A stretch of DNA of 64,000 bases from an uncultured beta proteobacterium (lineage in GTDB: Bacteria > Pseudomonadota > Gammaproteobacteria > Burkholderiales > Usitatibacteraceae), in assembly GCA_963839265.1 (NCBI GenBank), contig CAWIUI010000008.1:97235-161234 (forward strand), in the 5' to 3' direction. Position 1 is the first letter of the stretch. Each line of letters begins with the position of its first letter. This document shows positions 27,424-38,655 of this stretch, in pieces. Both the position numbers and the translations under genes were made by a program. Below the pieces are notes generated by a model. The model ran no database searches and was not told where the DNA came from. It worked only from the letters and a program-made list of their open reading frames with translations.

Positions 27424-28809
27424 TCATCCCTGAGCCTCGCGGGCCAGCTCGCCGATCAGGATCGCCTCGTTGAGGCAGCAGTTCTTGAGTTCCGCCAGGT
27501 GGACGCTTTCGTTTTCGCTGTGCGCCCGGCTTTCCGGGTCCGCGACCCCGGTGAGCAGCAACTCTGCCTCTGGGAAGGTGTCGGCCAGCGCGGCCACCAG
27601 CGGAAGTCCGCCGCCGCTTCCCGCCTTGACCGGGGCGCATCCCCAGGTATGGGAACAGGCTTGGTGAAAGGCGTTGAAAGCTGCGCCAGAAGCGTCGATC
27701 AGGTGCGGGGCGCCCGCAGTCACGAAGCGGACCGTCACCTCTGCTCCCCACGGTGCCGGGGCCAGGCTGAGGAGATGCTCTTCGACGGCGGCCCTGGCCT
27801 TGGCCGTGTCGTCGCCCGGTGCCAGCCGGACGCTGATCTTCGCGCGCGCCACGGGAACCAGTTTGTTCGCGGCCCCGGCGGCGGGCGGTGCGTCGATGCC
27901 GAGGACAGCCACCGCCGGGCGGCCCCAGAGTCGGTGGGCCAGGGTGCCGGTGCCCATGAGGGAGACGCCGGGCCGGACGCTGGCGAACCGGCGGATATCC
28001 GCCTCGTTGAGGTCGATGTCGTACGGCGGTCCGCAATGCAATCCCTCGATAGCGACATTGCCCCGGTCGTCATGCAAGGTCGCGATCAGCCGGGATAGTG
28101 CGGTCAGGGCATCGGGAACGGGGCCGCCGTAAACGCCGCTATGAACGGCATGATCCAGCGTGCGGACTTCGACGATGAAGTCGAGGATCCCCCGCAGCGA
28201 AGTCGTCAGCGCCGGCGTGCCAAGCGTCCAGTTAGAGCAGTCGGCCAGCACGATGATGTCAGCCTGAAGCAGATCGGAATATTTCTCCAGGAAGGTGACG
28301 AAGTTAGGCGAGGCAATTTCTTCTTCGCCTTCGATGAACACCGAAATGGTGACGGGCGGCGCGCCTGCCCAGGCCAGCAGGGCGGCGGCATGCGCGGCAA
28401 TTCCCGCTTTATCGTCCGCGGTACCGCGGCCGAACAGCCGGCCGTCGCGCTCGGTCGCGGAGAATGGCTTCGAGGCCCACAGATCCGCGGACCCGGGTGG
28501 CTGGACATCGTGATGCGCGTAAAGCAGCACAGTGGGAGATCCGGCGGGTCCTGGCGTTTGGCCGAATACCGCCGGATGCGTGCCGTCCACTTCGAGCAGG
28601 CGGACCCCCTGCAGTCCCGACCGTTCGAGCCAGGCCCCGGTCTGCTCGGCGGACCGGCGCACCTCATCCGGGTTGTAGTCTTCGTAGCCCGCCACGCTTA
28701 CCGACGGTATGGATACGAGGTGCTCCAGGCCTGCCCGGACGTTCCCGAATACCGACTCCACCGCCCGGCGGATATCCTCCGGGCTGGACCTACCGCGAGC
28801 CGTCGGCAC
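27424..28809 (-). CDS. M20-family dipeptidase
   Basis: YAHHDVQP, GRGTADDK, EGEEE, HSG and HSENE motifs. Confidence 0.92.
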   Translation of the reverse strand: MPTARGRSSPEDIRRAVESVFGNVRAGLEHLVSIPSVSVAGYEDYNPDEVRRSAEQTGAWLERSGLQGVRLLEVDGTHPAVFGQTPGPAGSPTVLLYAHHDVQPPGSADLWASKPFSATERDGRLFGRGTADDKAGIAAHAAALLAWAGAPPVTISVFIEGEEEIASPNFVTFLEKYSDLLQADIIVLADCSNWTLGTPALTTSLRGILDFIVEVRTLDHAVHSGVYGGPVPDALTALSRLIATLHDDRGNVAIEGLHCGPPYDIDLNEADIRRFASVRPGVSLMGTGTLAHRLWGRPAVAVLGIDAPPAAGAANKLVPVARAKISVRLAPGDDTAKARAAVEEHLLSLAPAPWGAEVTVRFVTAGAPHLIDASGAAFNAFHQACSHTWGCAPVKAGSGGGLPLVAALADTFPEAELLLTGVADPESRAHSENESVHLAELKNCCLNEAILIGELAREAQG

Positions 28810-29083
28810 AAGCAGCGCTCCCGTAGCCTGGCGTTAGCCCCCGACACCGATCCCGCCCATATTCAGTTACATTTCCCTCCATGCTTGCACCATACGGACA
28901 CGAGTCCCGCCAATCAATGGGCGAGCGGTGTTAACCTGCTCGCCCACCCAGCGCCCTCCGTGATCGCCTGAATCGCAGGCATCGGGAAATACCGATAAAA
29001 TCACCCGCAACAGCTGCTTCGCGAGTTCTGCTGTCCCTCAGGAAACTCAAAAGTTTGCATGGCGAAAGATCGTTTGCCGGACA

Positions 29084-29824
29084 CTAGGAAGCCGGCTGGC
29101 GCTCCAGGTAGGTCGCCGGAAAATCGACGGTGCAGACGAGAACGTCACGCTTGGCCCGGCCGCCGGGCGGGGGGATGAGCGGGGTAGCGCCGTGCTTAAA
29201 TCTGCGGTCCTCGAAGATCATCAGGTCGCCCGGGTTTAGTTGCTGCCAGAGAACTTGCTCCCCGACTTCCTCGGCGCCCATACTTTCCTTATCATATTTA
29301 TACAGATAAGACTCAGCGCCGTCGCCTTCCCGGTCCAGGACATAGAGGATAATAAACTCCTCGTCGTCCTGATGCGACTTGGACACCACGTCGGTGTGGG
29401 TCCGGAACAAATTGACCCCGAATGTGCCACGCGGCCGCCGCCGTCCTTCGGGAACAAGGCTGAGAAATGTCTCGACGAGCTCCCTGGCCTGCGGGTCATC
29501 GAGCAGTTCGATGCGCGTGTGGATACGCTCTCCCTCAATCTCGGAGCGATCCCAGATGGCGATGGTCTCGTATTCTCGGAGGCTCAGCTTGCCGTCGTTC
29601 CACTCGTAGTAGATGACATCCCTCGCCCGCTCGCGATCAGGTGGCCGGTCACCCTCGTCATGCTTGAGCTGGCCGCCGTCGAAGTAGGTCCCCCGAAGGT
29701 TCTTCCCGCACTTCGGGGGGAGGCCGACAGCCCACTCGGCAGTCAGGGCAAAGCCGTTCTTTATTACATCTTCGTGAACTCTGCGTAGCTCCGAAACTGG
29801 GTTCGGAGCTGATGTATCGGCCAT
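29084..29824 (-). CDS. 2OG-Fe(II) dioxygenase family protein
   Basis: HQD...H...RDVL facial-triad and Arg pattern. Confidence 0.75.
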   Translation of the reverse strand: MADTSAPNPVSELRRVHEDVIKNGFALTAEWAVGLPPKCGKNLRGTYFDGGQLKHDEGDRPPDRERARDVIYYEWNDGKLSLREYETIAIWDRSEIEGERIHTRIELLDDPQARELVETFLSLVPEGRRRPRGTFGVNLFRTHTDVVSKSHQDDEEFIILYVLDREGDGAESYLYKYDKESMGAEEVGEQVLWQQLNPGDLMIFEDRRFKHGATPLIPPPGGRAKRDVLVCTVDFPATYLERQPAS

Positions 29825-29929
29825 TTATGCGCTCACTCGGCTAGGCGGAGATCCAGGCTACGGCGCTGTAGCTGGCGAAATCCTAGCGCTTTCCCTCTCT
29901 AGGCCACGCCGAAACGCTGATCTACGTTA

Positions 29930-30278
29930 TAGTTTTGTGTCTTCGGCGGAACTTGCCACCTGGCCGAATGTCACAAAGGCGGACGGATCGGGTGGCCAGG
30001 GCGTGGCGTTTCTTCTGCAGCTTGGTGCGGCGGGCCGCGTTGAGCGCGATGCCGGCCTTGGCGGCGTCGGTGAAGTACGTGCCGTGGGTGACGCGGTCCT
30101 TACGGCTGACCGCGGCTTGGCCTGCCTCGCGGGCGGCGCCGGCAGCGTTCTTGAGGGCCAGGAGGGCGTCGATGGCCTGCTGTGCCAGATGACGTCCAGG
30201 TCCGTTCCGTTCTGGTGACCGCGGCAGTTCCGGGACGTGCGCCCGCCAGGCCGTGGCCGGCGGCCGTCGAGGTGTCAT
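29930..30278 (-). pseudogene. IS66-family transposase remnant
   Basis: AQQAIDALLALK...AAKAGIALNAARRTKLQKKRHALATR resembles the actinobacterial IS66 TnpC mid-region (recalled similarity). Confidence 0.55.
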
Positions 30279-31014
30279 AGGGCGCCCAGGCGTCGTGGAC
30301 AGCGATCCGGTAAGGACGGCAGTACCCCGGCGGCGTTCATGCCTTCGGTGCCGCGCTTGGCGTGCCGGTGACCAGCCGTGCTTGCCGGTGGGCGGAGTGC
30401 ACCCAGGCGAGCTTGCCGGCGACCGGAACCGGTCTCATCGAGTGCGCCACCTCGGAGGCGATCAGCGCCTGCCGATCTCCTTGATCGCGGGGCTGCGAGC
30501 GGCACTCGCCATCGCGGCGACCGCGCGGGCGCGGCCGCGTGCGCCAGGGCCTGGCAGGCCGGTCCGCGAGAGGACTGCCGTGCCGAGGACGGCAGCGCTG
30601 AGGCCGCGGCCGCTGCGCGGCGCGTCCCCGTCCGGGGTGCGCGGGGCCTGCGCGCCGCGCCGTCCCGACACTGGTGCTCGGTACGTGGCTTCACTGGGGG
30701 ACTCGGTGACCTGCCGGGCCCGGTCTGCTCAGCTGCAGGCCGCGCCGCCCGAGCCGCGCCGGACGTGCCGGACACCGGTCGGGGTGACGGTCAGCTCCAC
30801 GCGCCCCGGGCCGGGCGGCCGGCGCGGCGGTCGCGCGACGGCCGGGCCAGCCGTCGAGGACGGCGGTGGGAGTCTGAGTTCGCCCTGGGCGGCCAGGTCA
30901 GCCACCTGCGCTGCAGCTCGCCGACCGCGCTCGCGCCGCGACTGTGCCTGCAGCTCACGATCCGCGCGTCCGGCGGCGAGGTCCGCAGGGGCGCGCGCGC
31001 GCAGCCGGCTGCGG

Positions 31015-32022
31015 TCAGTCACGGAAGGGCGGCACACGGGCACAGGGGGCGTATCGGGCAATGGCAGTGAGAGCCGGGAGAAAAAGTGAGCGGCGAAAAA
31101 TATAGAAGGAAGCGAAGAGGGGAGAGGCGGACAGCTTGGCTAAGGGCGGTGATATCCCATCCCTGATGCTCCGGATGAGCGCACGGGAATCGTCCTCGAC
31201 CAAGGAGGAACCGATCAGGCTATCATGCGCCTTTCGATATCCGGCGACCTGGCCCGGGTCTTCGATCGTCCAGAAGCCGGCCGGTGTTTCGAACTCGACT
31301 AGGTCCTTCTCGAGATCCTCCGGATCCTGATACTCGAAATAAGCCCACATGCACGTCATGGTGAACGCCGGCTTGGCCAAGAACGGGAAAACGTGCAGGC
31401 TGACATTTTCGTCGTATGAACGGACCAAAAGTTCGTCCAGCTGATCGCGCAGGATCTCCGGCGAGCCAACGGTCTGCCTGAGCGTACATTCGTGCGTCAC
31501 CGCGACGTACTTCAGCGGTTCGAGTCCCGCGCGCTGTTTCAGCGCTTGCTTGCGCGCTCGCCGGATGTCCAGGAGCTCACCGATCTGCTCCTCGGACCGG
31601 TGCTCCATGTCCCGGTACACGGCCTCCGTGTATGCGTCGATCTGGAGCAAGGCCGGCACGAACGGCAAGGTGTAGACTCGCGCGACGGCGGCCTCGGCCT
31701 CGTGAGCCAGGAGGGCGTCCAGCCGGTTCTTCAGCACGTCATCACTGAAGTCCGTCCACCAGCCCGGTACCTGCGCCGCTTTCACCCATCGCTCGAGCCG
31801 GTCGGCCTGCGGCGTTCCCTCTTTCCCGAAGTGCCGGATCAAGTCCCTGACGTCGCGCAGCCGGGGCTTGCCTTCGGCGTTCTCCAGCCGGGAAAGCTTG
31901 GACGTGGAGATGAGCGTAACTTCATGGACCTCAGCGAGGCTCTGCCCGGACTCGCGGCGCCAGTTGCTCAAGGTCGTGGCTATCTTCCGCCGGGGACCGA
32001 GTGGGCCGCTGACCGGTGGCAT
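31015..32022 (-). CDS. XRE-family HTH + DUF5753 regulator
   Basis: SKLSRLEN HTH; GWW, EAEA, PALLQ and HE--LR motifs. Confidence 0.85.
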   Translation of the reverse strand: MPPVSGPLGPRRKIATTLSNWRRESGQSLAEVHEVTLISTSKLSRLENAEGKPRLRDVRDLIRHFGKEGTPQADRLERWVKAAQVPGWWTDFSDDVLKNRLDALLAHEAEAAVARVYTLPFVPALLQIDAYTEAVYRDMEHRSEEQIGELLDIRRARKQALKQRAGLEPLKYVAVTHECTLRQTVGSPEILRDQLDELLVRSYDENVSLHVFPFLAKPAFTMTCMWAYFEYQDPEDLEKDLVEFETPAGFWTIEDPGQVAGYRKAHDSLIGSSLVEDDSRALIRSIRDGISPPLAKLSASPLFASFYIFRRSLFLPALTAIARYAPCARVPPFRD

Positions 32023-32190
32023 TGATCAGCACCGCGTCCAGGTGTCCGGCTCGGGAGCCGCGTCCAGGTAAAAGCACACATATGGAAGCCTATTTGCGGG
32101 CGGCCCATTTTGCAAGCCTATTAAAGGATACCTCAATTGGGAATCCCAAAACTGAGTATATGTGTTAGTCAGTTGCAAAATGGGCTTCTT

Positions 32191-33429
32191 TTACGGCGTC
32201 ACCACGCGGCCCTTGCCGACCACGGTGACGCCGCCGCTAGAAACCGTGAATCCGCGGGCCCGGTCGTGCTCCTTGTCCACGCCGAGCGTGGCGCCCTCCA
32301 TCACCACCACGTTCTTGTCCAGGATCGCGTTCTCCACGATCGCGTACCGGCTGACGCGCGAATTATGCAGGAGCACGGCCCGCTCGACCCGGGCCCAGCT
32401 GTTCACCCGAACCCCCGGCGACAGCACCGAGTTCCGCACCAGCCCGCCGGAGATGATGACCCCGTTGCTTACCACGCTGTTAATTGCCCGTCCCACCCGG
32501 TCGCCCTCGTCATGGACGAACTTGGCCGGCGGCTGCGACGGCACGTACGTCAGGATCGGCCACTTGTCGTTGTAGAGGTTGAACACCGGGTGCACCGCGC
32601 ACAGGTCCATGTGCGCGTCGAAGTAGGAGTCGAGCGTCCCGACTTCCCGCCAGTAGCCGTGGTCGCGCCCGTCGCTGCCGGGCACCTTGTTCTGGCCGAA
32701 GTCGTAGACGTGCGCGACGCCGTCCCGCGCCAGCATCGGGATGATGTCGCCGCCGATGCTGTGCCGGCTGGTGTCGTCAACGGCGTCCCGCTGCAGCGCC
32801 TCGACCAGCACCTCGCGGTCGAACACGTAGTTGCCCATGGACGCGAACGCCTCGTCCGGTGAGCCACGAAGCGAAGGCGGCTCGGTCGGCTTCTCCAGGA
32901 ACGCCTGGATGTGGTGGCCGTCCGGCGCGGTCTGCACGACGCCGAAGTCCGTCGCCGCCGTCCTGGGGACTCCGATCGCGGCGACGGTGACCCCCGCCTT
33001 CCAGGCCAGGTGCGCCTCGATCATCTGCGCCGGGTCCATCCGGTACACGTGATCGGCCCCGAAGACCACCACGAGGTCGGGCCGCTCGCTGTGGATGAGG
33101 TTCAGCGACTGGTAGATCGCGTCCGCCGAGCCGGTCTGCCAGCGCGGGCCGAGCCGCTGCTGGGCCGGCACCGGCGCCACGTAGTTACCCAGCAGGCTGT
33201 TCAGCCGCCAGGTGGTGCTGATGTGCCGGTCCAGGCTGTGGCTCTTGTACTGGGTGAGCACGCAGATCCGGAAGATACCTCCGTTGGCCAGGTTGGACAG
33301 CGCGAAGTCCACCAGCCGGTAGAGGCCGCCGAACGGCACGGCTGACTTGGCCCGGTCCTCGGTCAGAGGCGCCAGCCGCTTGCCCGCCGCACCCGCGAGG
33401 ACCAGGCCCAGGACCCGCAGACTGTTCAT
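32191..33429 (-). CDS. glgC: Glucose-1-phosphate adenylyltransferase
   Basis: [37 protein letters not shown] and ASMGNY motifs. Confidence 0.95.
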   Translation of the reverse strand: MNSLRVLGLVLAGAAGKRLAPLTEDRAKSAVPFGGLYRLVDFALSNLANGGIFRICVLTQYKSHSLDRHISTTWRLNSLLGNYVAPVPAQQRLGPRWQTGSADAIYQSLNLIHSERPDLVVVFGADHVYRMDPAQMIEAHLAWKAGVTVAAIGVPRTAATDFGVVQTAPDGHHIQAFLEKPTEPPSLRGSPDEAFASMGNYVFDREVLVEALQRDAVDDTSRHSIGGDIIPMLARDGVAHVYDFGQNKVPGSDGRDHGYWREVGTLDSYFDAHMDLCAVHPVFNLYNDKWPILTYVPSQPPAKFVHDEGDRVGRAINSVVSNGVIISGGLVRNSVLSPGVRVNSWARVERAVLLHNSRVSRYAIVENAILDKNVVVMEGATLGVDKEHDRARGFTVSSGGVTVVGKGRVVTP

Positions 33430-33466
33430 CAGCGCTCACCCTAGCCCGGCGCACCCGGAGGGTGCC

Positions 33467-35302
33467 TCACCCGAGGCGGGCGATTAGCTCCTGGTGCTGT
33501 TCCCAGAGCCGGGCGGGCAGGTGCCGGTGGAAGGTCTGGAAGTGCTCCGGGATGTGCTCGGCCTCCAGCTTCCAGGCCTCGGTGTCCACGGTGAGCAGCA
33601 GAGCCAGGTCAGCCCAGGTGATGTCCAGGCCCTCGACATCGAAGGAACCCGGCGCGGGCAGGTTCCCGATGGGGGTCGAGACCGCTGCGGCCTCACCGGA
33701 CAGCCGCTGGATGATCCACTTCAGCACCCGGATGTTCTCGCCGAAGCCGGGCCAGACGAACTTGCCCTGAGCGTTCTTGCGGAACCAGTTGACGTAGAAC
33801 AGCCGCGGCAGCTTGGCCGGGTCCGCGTTCGCGCCGACCTTCAGCCAGTAGCCGAAGTAGTCGCCCATGTTGTAGCCGCAGAACGGCAGCATGGCGAACG
33901 GGTCGTGCCGCAGTTCGCCGACCGTGCCCTCGGCCGCGGCGGTCTTCTCCGAGGCGATGTTGGCCCCGAGGAACACCCCGTGATCCCAGTCGAAGGACTC
34001 GATCACCAGCGGGACGGTGCTCGCCCGCCTGCCGCCGAACAAGATCGCCGAGATCGGCACGCCGGCCGGGTCGTCCCACTCAGGCGCGATGATGGGGCAC
34101 TGGCTGGCGGGGGTGGTGAACCGGGAGTTCGGGTGAGCGGCGGGCTCGGGCGAGTCCGGCGTCCAGTCCCGGCCCTTCCAGTCGGTCAGGTGCGCGGGCG
34201 GGGTATCGGTCAGGCCCTCCCACCACACGTCGCCGTCGTCGGTCAGCGCGACGTTGGTGAAGATGCTGTTGGCCGTGAAGGTCGCGACCGCGTTGGCGTT
34301 GGTCTTGGCGCCCGTGCCAGGCGCGACGCCGAAGAAGCCGGCTTCGGGGTTGATCGCGTACAGCCTGCCGTCCTTGCCGAACCGCATCCAGGCGATGTCA
34401 TCGCCGATCGTCTCGACCTTCCAGTCCGGGATGGTGGGCTGCAGCATCGCCAGGTTGGTCTTGCCGCACGCGGACGGGAAGGCCGCCGCGATGTACTTCG
34501 GCTCGGCGTCCGGCGGGGTGATCTTGAGGATGAGCATGTGCTCGGCCAGCCAGCCTTCGTCACGGGCCATCACCGAGGCGATCCGCAGCGCGTAGCATTT
34601 CTTGCCGAGCAGCGCGTTCCCGCCGTAGCCCGAGCCGTAGGACCAGATCTCCCTGGTCTCGGGGAAGTGGGAGATGTACTTGTTCGTGTTGCACGGCCAC
34701 GGCACGTCCGCCTGGCCGGGCTCCAGCGGAGCGCCGACCGAGTGGACGGCCCGGACGAACGACCCGGTCTCCTCGATCGAGCGGAGCGCGGGCGTGCCCA
34801 TCCTGGTCATGATCCGCATCGAGACTGCCACGTACGGCGAGTCGGTGATCTCGACTCCGAGCTGGGAGATGGTGCTGCCGAGCGGTCCCATGCAGAACGG
34901 GATCACGTACATGGTGCGGCCGCGCATGCACCCGTCGAAGATCTCCGCGAAGGTGTTGCGCATTTCGTCGGGCGCGATCCAGTTATTGGTCGGCCCCGCG
35001 TCCTGCTCGCGCTCGGAGCAGATGAACGTGCGGTCCTCGACACGAGCCACGTCGCTCGGGTCCGATGCGCAGTAGAAGCTATTCGGCCGCAGCTCCGGAT
35101 TCAGCCGCGTGAACGTCCCGCCCTCGACGAGCAGTGTGGTCAGCCGGTCCCATTCGGCTTGCGAGCCGTCGCACCAGACGATGTCGTCTGGCTTGGTCAG
35201 CTCGGCGATCTCCCGGACCCACTTGGCCAGTTCGGGAAGGTTTGTCTCGGCCTCGATACGGTCTTCGTCATACATTTCTCTCACTCCTGCCCCAGGACTC
35301 AC
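33467..35302 (-). CDS. pckG: Phosphoenolpyruvate carboxykinase (GTP)
   Basis: [38 protein letters not shown] and HPNSRF motifs. Confidence 0.97.
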   Translation of the reverse strand: MSPGAGVREMYDEDRIEAETNLPELAKWVREIAELTKPDDIVWCDGSQAEWDRLTTLLVEGGTFTRLNPELRPNSFYCASDPSDVARVEDRTFICSEREQDAGPTNNWIAPDEMRNTFAEIFDGCMRGRTMYVIPFCMGPLGSTISQLGVEITDSPYVAVSMRIMTRMGTPALRSIEETGSFVRAVHSVGAPLEPGQADVPWPCNTNKYISHFPETREIWSYGSGYGGNALLGKKCYALRIASVMARDEGWLAEHMLILKITPPDAEPKYIAAAFPSACGKTNLAMLQPTIPDWKVETIGDDIAWMRFGKDGRLYAINPEAGFFGVAPGTGAKTNANAVATFTANSIFTNVALTDDGDVWWEGLTDTPPAHLTDWKGRDWTPDSPEPAAHPNSRFTTPASQCPIIAPEWDDPAGVPISAILFGGRRASTVPLVIESFDWDHGVFLGANIASEKTAAAEGTVGELRHDPFAMLPFCGYNMGDYFGYWLKVGANADPAKLPRLFYVNWFRKNAQGKFVWPGFGENIRVLKWIIQRLSGEAAAVSTPIGNLPAPGSFDVEGLDITWADLALLLTVDTEAWKLEAEHIPEHFQTFHRHLPARLWEQHQELIARLG

Positions 35303-35538
35303 GTGCGCGGCGCATCCACGGTCAAGATTGGACCGAACGACTCCGGCTCATGATCTATAGTCCACTCTTGCTTCATCTCCCGTCGCCCGCGGCAGGGTCA
35401 AAAGTCCTCTATGACGGTGTGATCTGGATCGCGTGATCTGCGTCTCATTGATTTCCGTGGGCGTGCCCGATGCGGATTATGGCTTGTGTCCAACACCGTC
35501 AGCCCTGGATTCATTGCGCCGGGCGGCCGGGTCGCGCA

Positions 35539-36426
35539 CTACTTGTCCCGGATTATCTCGGCGAGGAATCGCGCGCTGGCGACGGGAGTCAGGGCTTCGG
35601 TGCTGAGGTGGTTCATGACCTCCATGTAATGGTCGACGTCCTCGCGTTTGTCTAGGTAGAGGGCGCTGGTGAGCTGCTCGATATACACCACGTCCGGCAG
35701 TTCGGGCTCGCCGAAGCGCAGCACGGTGAACGACCCGCCCGCCGCGGCGTGCCCGCCCCGGCTGAACGGCACGACCTGGACCGTGACTTGGCGCAGCCTG
35801 GCGACCTCGATGAGCCGTTCCAGCTGGGCCTTCATCACCGCGGCACCGCCCACCGGGCGCCGCAGCGCGCCCTCGTCGATGACCGACCAGACCTGCGGCG
35901 GGTCGGGGCTGGTGAGCAGTTCCTGTCGCTTGAGCCGCATGTTCACCCGCCGGTCGATTTCCTCCGCGGTGGCGGTGGTGTGGCCGAGCAGGGTGACGGC
36001 GCGGGCGTAGTCCTCGGTCTGGAACAGGCCGTGCACGAACTGCAGCTCGAACGTGCGGATGACCGAGGCTGCCATCTCCAGGCCCAGGTACGCCTCGAAC
36101 CAGTCGGCCATGATGTCGCCGTACTTCGACCACCAGCCCGGGGCGTTGGCCTGCCGGACGAGCGCCACCATGCCGGTCCGCGTCTTGGAGTCGGTGATGC
36201 CGTACAGGGTGAGCAGATCGGTCACGTCCCGCTCTTTGAACCGCACCCGGCCGTTTTCCATCCGGCTGATCTTGGACCGGGACGCCCTGATCTCGTACCC
36301 GGCCTGCTCAGGCGAGACGCCGGCCGCTTCGCGAAAGCGGTGCAACTGGATTCCGAGCAGCATGCGCGGCACGGTCGGGCCCAGGGTGTCGGCAGCAGGC
36401 CTGCCGTCCCGCTCGACCGTGCTCAT
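35539..36426 (-). CDS. XRE-family HTH + DUF5753 regulator (WhiJ-like)
   Basis: SRSKISRMENG, GWW, GLFQTEDYA and DEGALRRPVGG motifs. Confidence 0.92.
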   Translation of the reverse strand: MSTVERDGRPAADTLGPTVPRMLLGIQLHRFREAAGVSPEQAGYEIRASRSKISRMENGRVRFKERDVTDLLTLYGITDSKTRTGMVALVRQANAPGWWSKYGDIMADWFEAYLGLEMAASVIRTFELQFVHGLFQTEDYARAVTLLGHTTATAEEIDRRVNMRLKRQELLTSPDPPQVWSVIDEGALRRPVGGAAVMKAQLERLIEVARLRQVTVQVVPFSRGGHAAAGGSFTVLRFGEPELPDVVYIEQLTSALYLDKREDVDHYMEVMNHLSTEALTPVASARFLAEIIRDK

Positions 36427-36637
36427 CCTCGCCCCGTGAGCTGATGGATGGACGCCGCCGTGCCGACGCCAGATTGGTAACGGCGGTGCACATACGGAAC
36501 CTTATCACCGTGCTATGGCACCGCCGTAACGTCATTTAATGTGACTGCTCGGTAAACTGCTATGTTCCGGCTGGCCTGCCGGTATTGCGGTCAAACCTGC
36601 GGGCACAGGTCGTCGAACTCGCCATTCTTCACACCGG

Positions 36638-38239
36638 TACTACAGTCCGGGTTTGTGAGCTAGCGCCGGGATGATCATGGTGCGCCCGGCGTGTCGCGCC
36701 GGATGCAGAGCGGCCACCCCAGGATCTTGGATTTGTGAAGAAACAAGATCAAATAGAGGTGACCGCAAGGGCCATCGTAGGGGACCGGGCGTGGCTGCGG
36801 GAACTGCTGGCCGAGCTATCCGGGCTGATCTGCCCGGTGTTCTCGCAGGCCAGGTCGGCTGCGGTGGCCGTGGCATACGTAGCGGCTCTGCTGGCGGTAA
36901 CCGGTGACCGCAAGTCGTGCTGGCAGCTGGGCGAGCAGGCCGGGCACGCGACACCGGGGCGGATGCAGGCGCTGCTGGCCGAGTACGCCTGGGACTGGCG
37001 GGTGGTGCTGGAGCGGCTGCAGCGGTTCATCCTCGCCCGCCTCGCCGACCCCGGCGCGATCCTGGTGCTGGACGAGACCGCGGAACTTAAAAAGGGCAAG
37101 ATGACCGTCGGCGTCGGCCGCCAGCATGCCGGGATCACCGGACAGATCGAGAACTGCCAGACCGTCGTGTTCCTCGCCTACGTGACCGCCCGCGCGCACA
37201 CGTTATTCGATTTCCGCCTCTACCTGCCGAAACAGTGGTCCGGCGACACCGGACGGCGACGGCAGGCGCAGGTCCCCGAAGACGTCGCGTTCACGACGAA
37301 GACCGAGCAGGGCACCGAGATGGTCACCGGGGCGATCGACGCGAGCGTCCCGTTCGCGTGGCTCGCCGGCGACGAGGTCTACGGCCGCAGCTCAAAGCTT
37401 CGGGCGGCATGCGAGAAAGCAGGGAAAGGCTACGTCCTCGCGGTCCCGGTCAACTTCAAGATCACCACCGCCGCCGGCCGCAAGGACGCGGCGGTCCTGG
37501 CCAGGCTCGTCCCGGCCCGCTGCTGGGAGACCCGCACCTGCGGGCGGGGCTGCAAGGGCCACCGTGATTACCAGTGGGCGATGGTCGCGACCAGCTCGCC
37601 GCGGCACTGGCTGCTGATCCGCCGCAAGATCACCGACCCCGATGACCTGGCGTTCTTCTACTGCTACGCCCCCGGGCCGGTGTCCTTGTCTGTCCTGGTC
37701 AAAGTCGCGGGGAAACGCTGGCCCGTGGAGGAGTGCTTCCAGCAGGGCAAGGGACAGGCCGGCCTTGACCAGCACCAGCTCCGCCGGTGGCACTCCTTCC
37801 ACCGCCACACCGTGCTGTCCATGTGCGCCCTCGCGCTGCTCGCCGTCGCGACCGCCAGGCCGCCCGGCACACCGGTGCCCTGGGCCGCCAGCCCGCGCAC
37901 CGCTACCGGGCCGCAGGCCCGCCACGGCACCACTGACCAGCCCGAACACTGGCGCGACACCGGCAAGCTCCCGGACCGCGCATGGGAAGCACCACCGCGG
38001 GACACCGGCCTGACCCGCGTGACCGTGCCCGAAGCCCGCAAGCTCCTCGCCCTCCTGGCGCTGCCCGCCATCCAGGCGAGCGAGACCTTCCGGTACGCCT
38101 GGAGCACCTGGCGAAGACGCCACCAGGCACGCGCCCGATGGCACCACTACCAGGCGCAACTCCGCGCCGCCGCGACCTGACCAGCAAGAACACCACGGGC
38201 AGCAATACGAGGGTCGGAATGAAAACCCGGACTGTAGTA
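36638..38239 (+). mobile_element. IS701-family insertion sequence
   Basis: IRs TACTACAGTCCGGGTTT; TSD CCGG (36634-36637, 38240-38243) inside the palindrome ACCGGT. Confidence 0.9.
36735..38180 (+). CDS. IS701-family transposase
   Basis: VLDET--KKG--VGV-RQHAG, AGDEVYG and RWPVEECFQQGKG motifs. Confidence 0.95.
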   Translation: MKKQDQIEVTARAIVGDRAWLRELLAELSGLICPVFSQARSAAVAVAYVAALLAVTGDRKSCWQLGEQAGHATPGRMQALLAEYAWDWRVVLERLQRFILARLADPGAILVLDETAELKKGKMTVGVGRQHAGITGQIENCQTVVFLAYVTARAHTLFDFRLYLPKQWSGDTGRRRQAQVPEDVAFTTKTEQGTEMVTGAIDASVPFAWLAGDEVYGRSSKLRAACEKAGKGYVLAVPVNFKITTAAGRKDAAVLARLVPARCWETRTCGRGCKGHRDYQWAMVATSSPRHWLLIRRKITDPDDLAFFYCYAPGPVSLSVLVKVAGKRWPVEECFQQGKGQAGLDQHQLRRWHSFHRHTVLSMCALALLAVATARPPGTPVPWAASPRTATGPQARHGTTDQPEHWRDTGKLPDRAWEAPPRDTGLTRVTVPEARKLLALLALPAIQASETFRYAWSTWRRRHQARARWHHYQAQLRAAAT

Positions 38240-38655
38240 CCGGTCAGGAACGCCTCGACCTCGGCGCGCGTGTAGATCAGCGCTGGCCCGGACGGATGCC
38301 GGGAGTTACGGACGGCGATCCCGCCATCAGCAAGCTGAGCGACCTCGACGCAGCTCCCGCTGGGGTTGCTGGCGCGGCTCTTGCGCCAGCGCGCTGAAAC
38401 CAGCTCGTCGGCCGGGATGCCGTTGGTGACCTGCATCTTTCTCCTTTTTCTCATTAGCAGGGAAAAGGGATCCCATGCGGGCGGATGTCTCATGCGGTGA
38501 CCACCGCCTGCACAGTGCAGCCTACAGAGCAAATGCAAGTGCATAGGTGCGTGCAGCTAATTTTGCATAAGCGGCGGGATAATGGTCAGAACATGAACCA
38601 TTTAGATCGCGAAGCATATGAAACGGTGCCGCTGACAGCACCGAATCCGTCGGGC

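Larger units (their letters stand above)
36591..38436 (-). pseudogene. DUF397 gene interrupted by IS701
   Basis: WRKS--SNPSGSCVEVA...AVRNSRHP-GP-L-YT--E--AFLTG joins VKNGEFDDL after IS removal. Confidence 0.9.

Noticed and set aside
30290-31060. Several overlapping 110-280 aa ORFs
   Set aside because: Arg/Ala/Pro-rich GC shadow frames with no recognisable motif or RBS.
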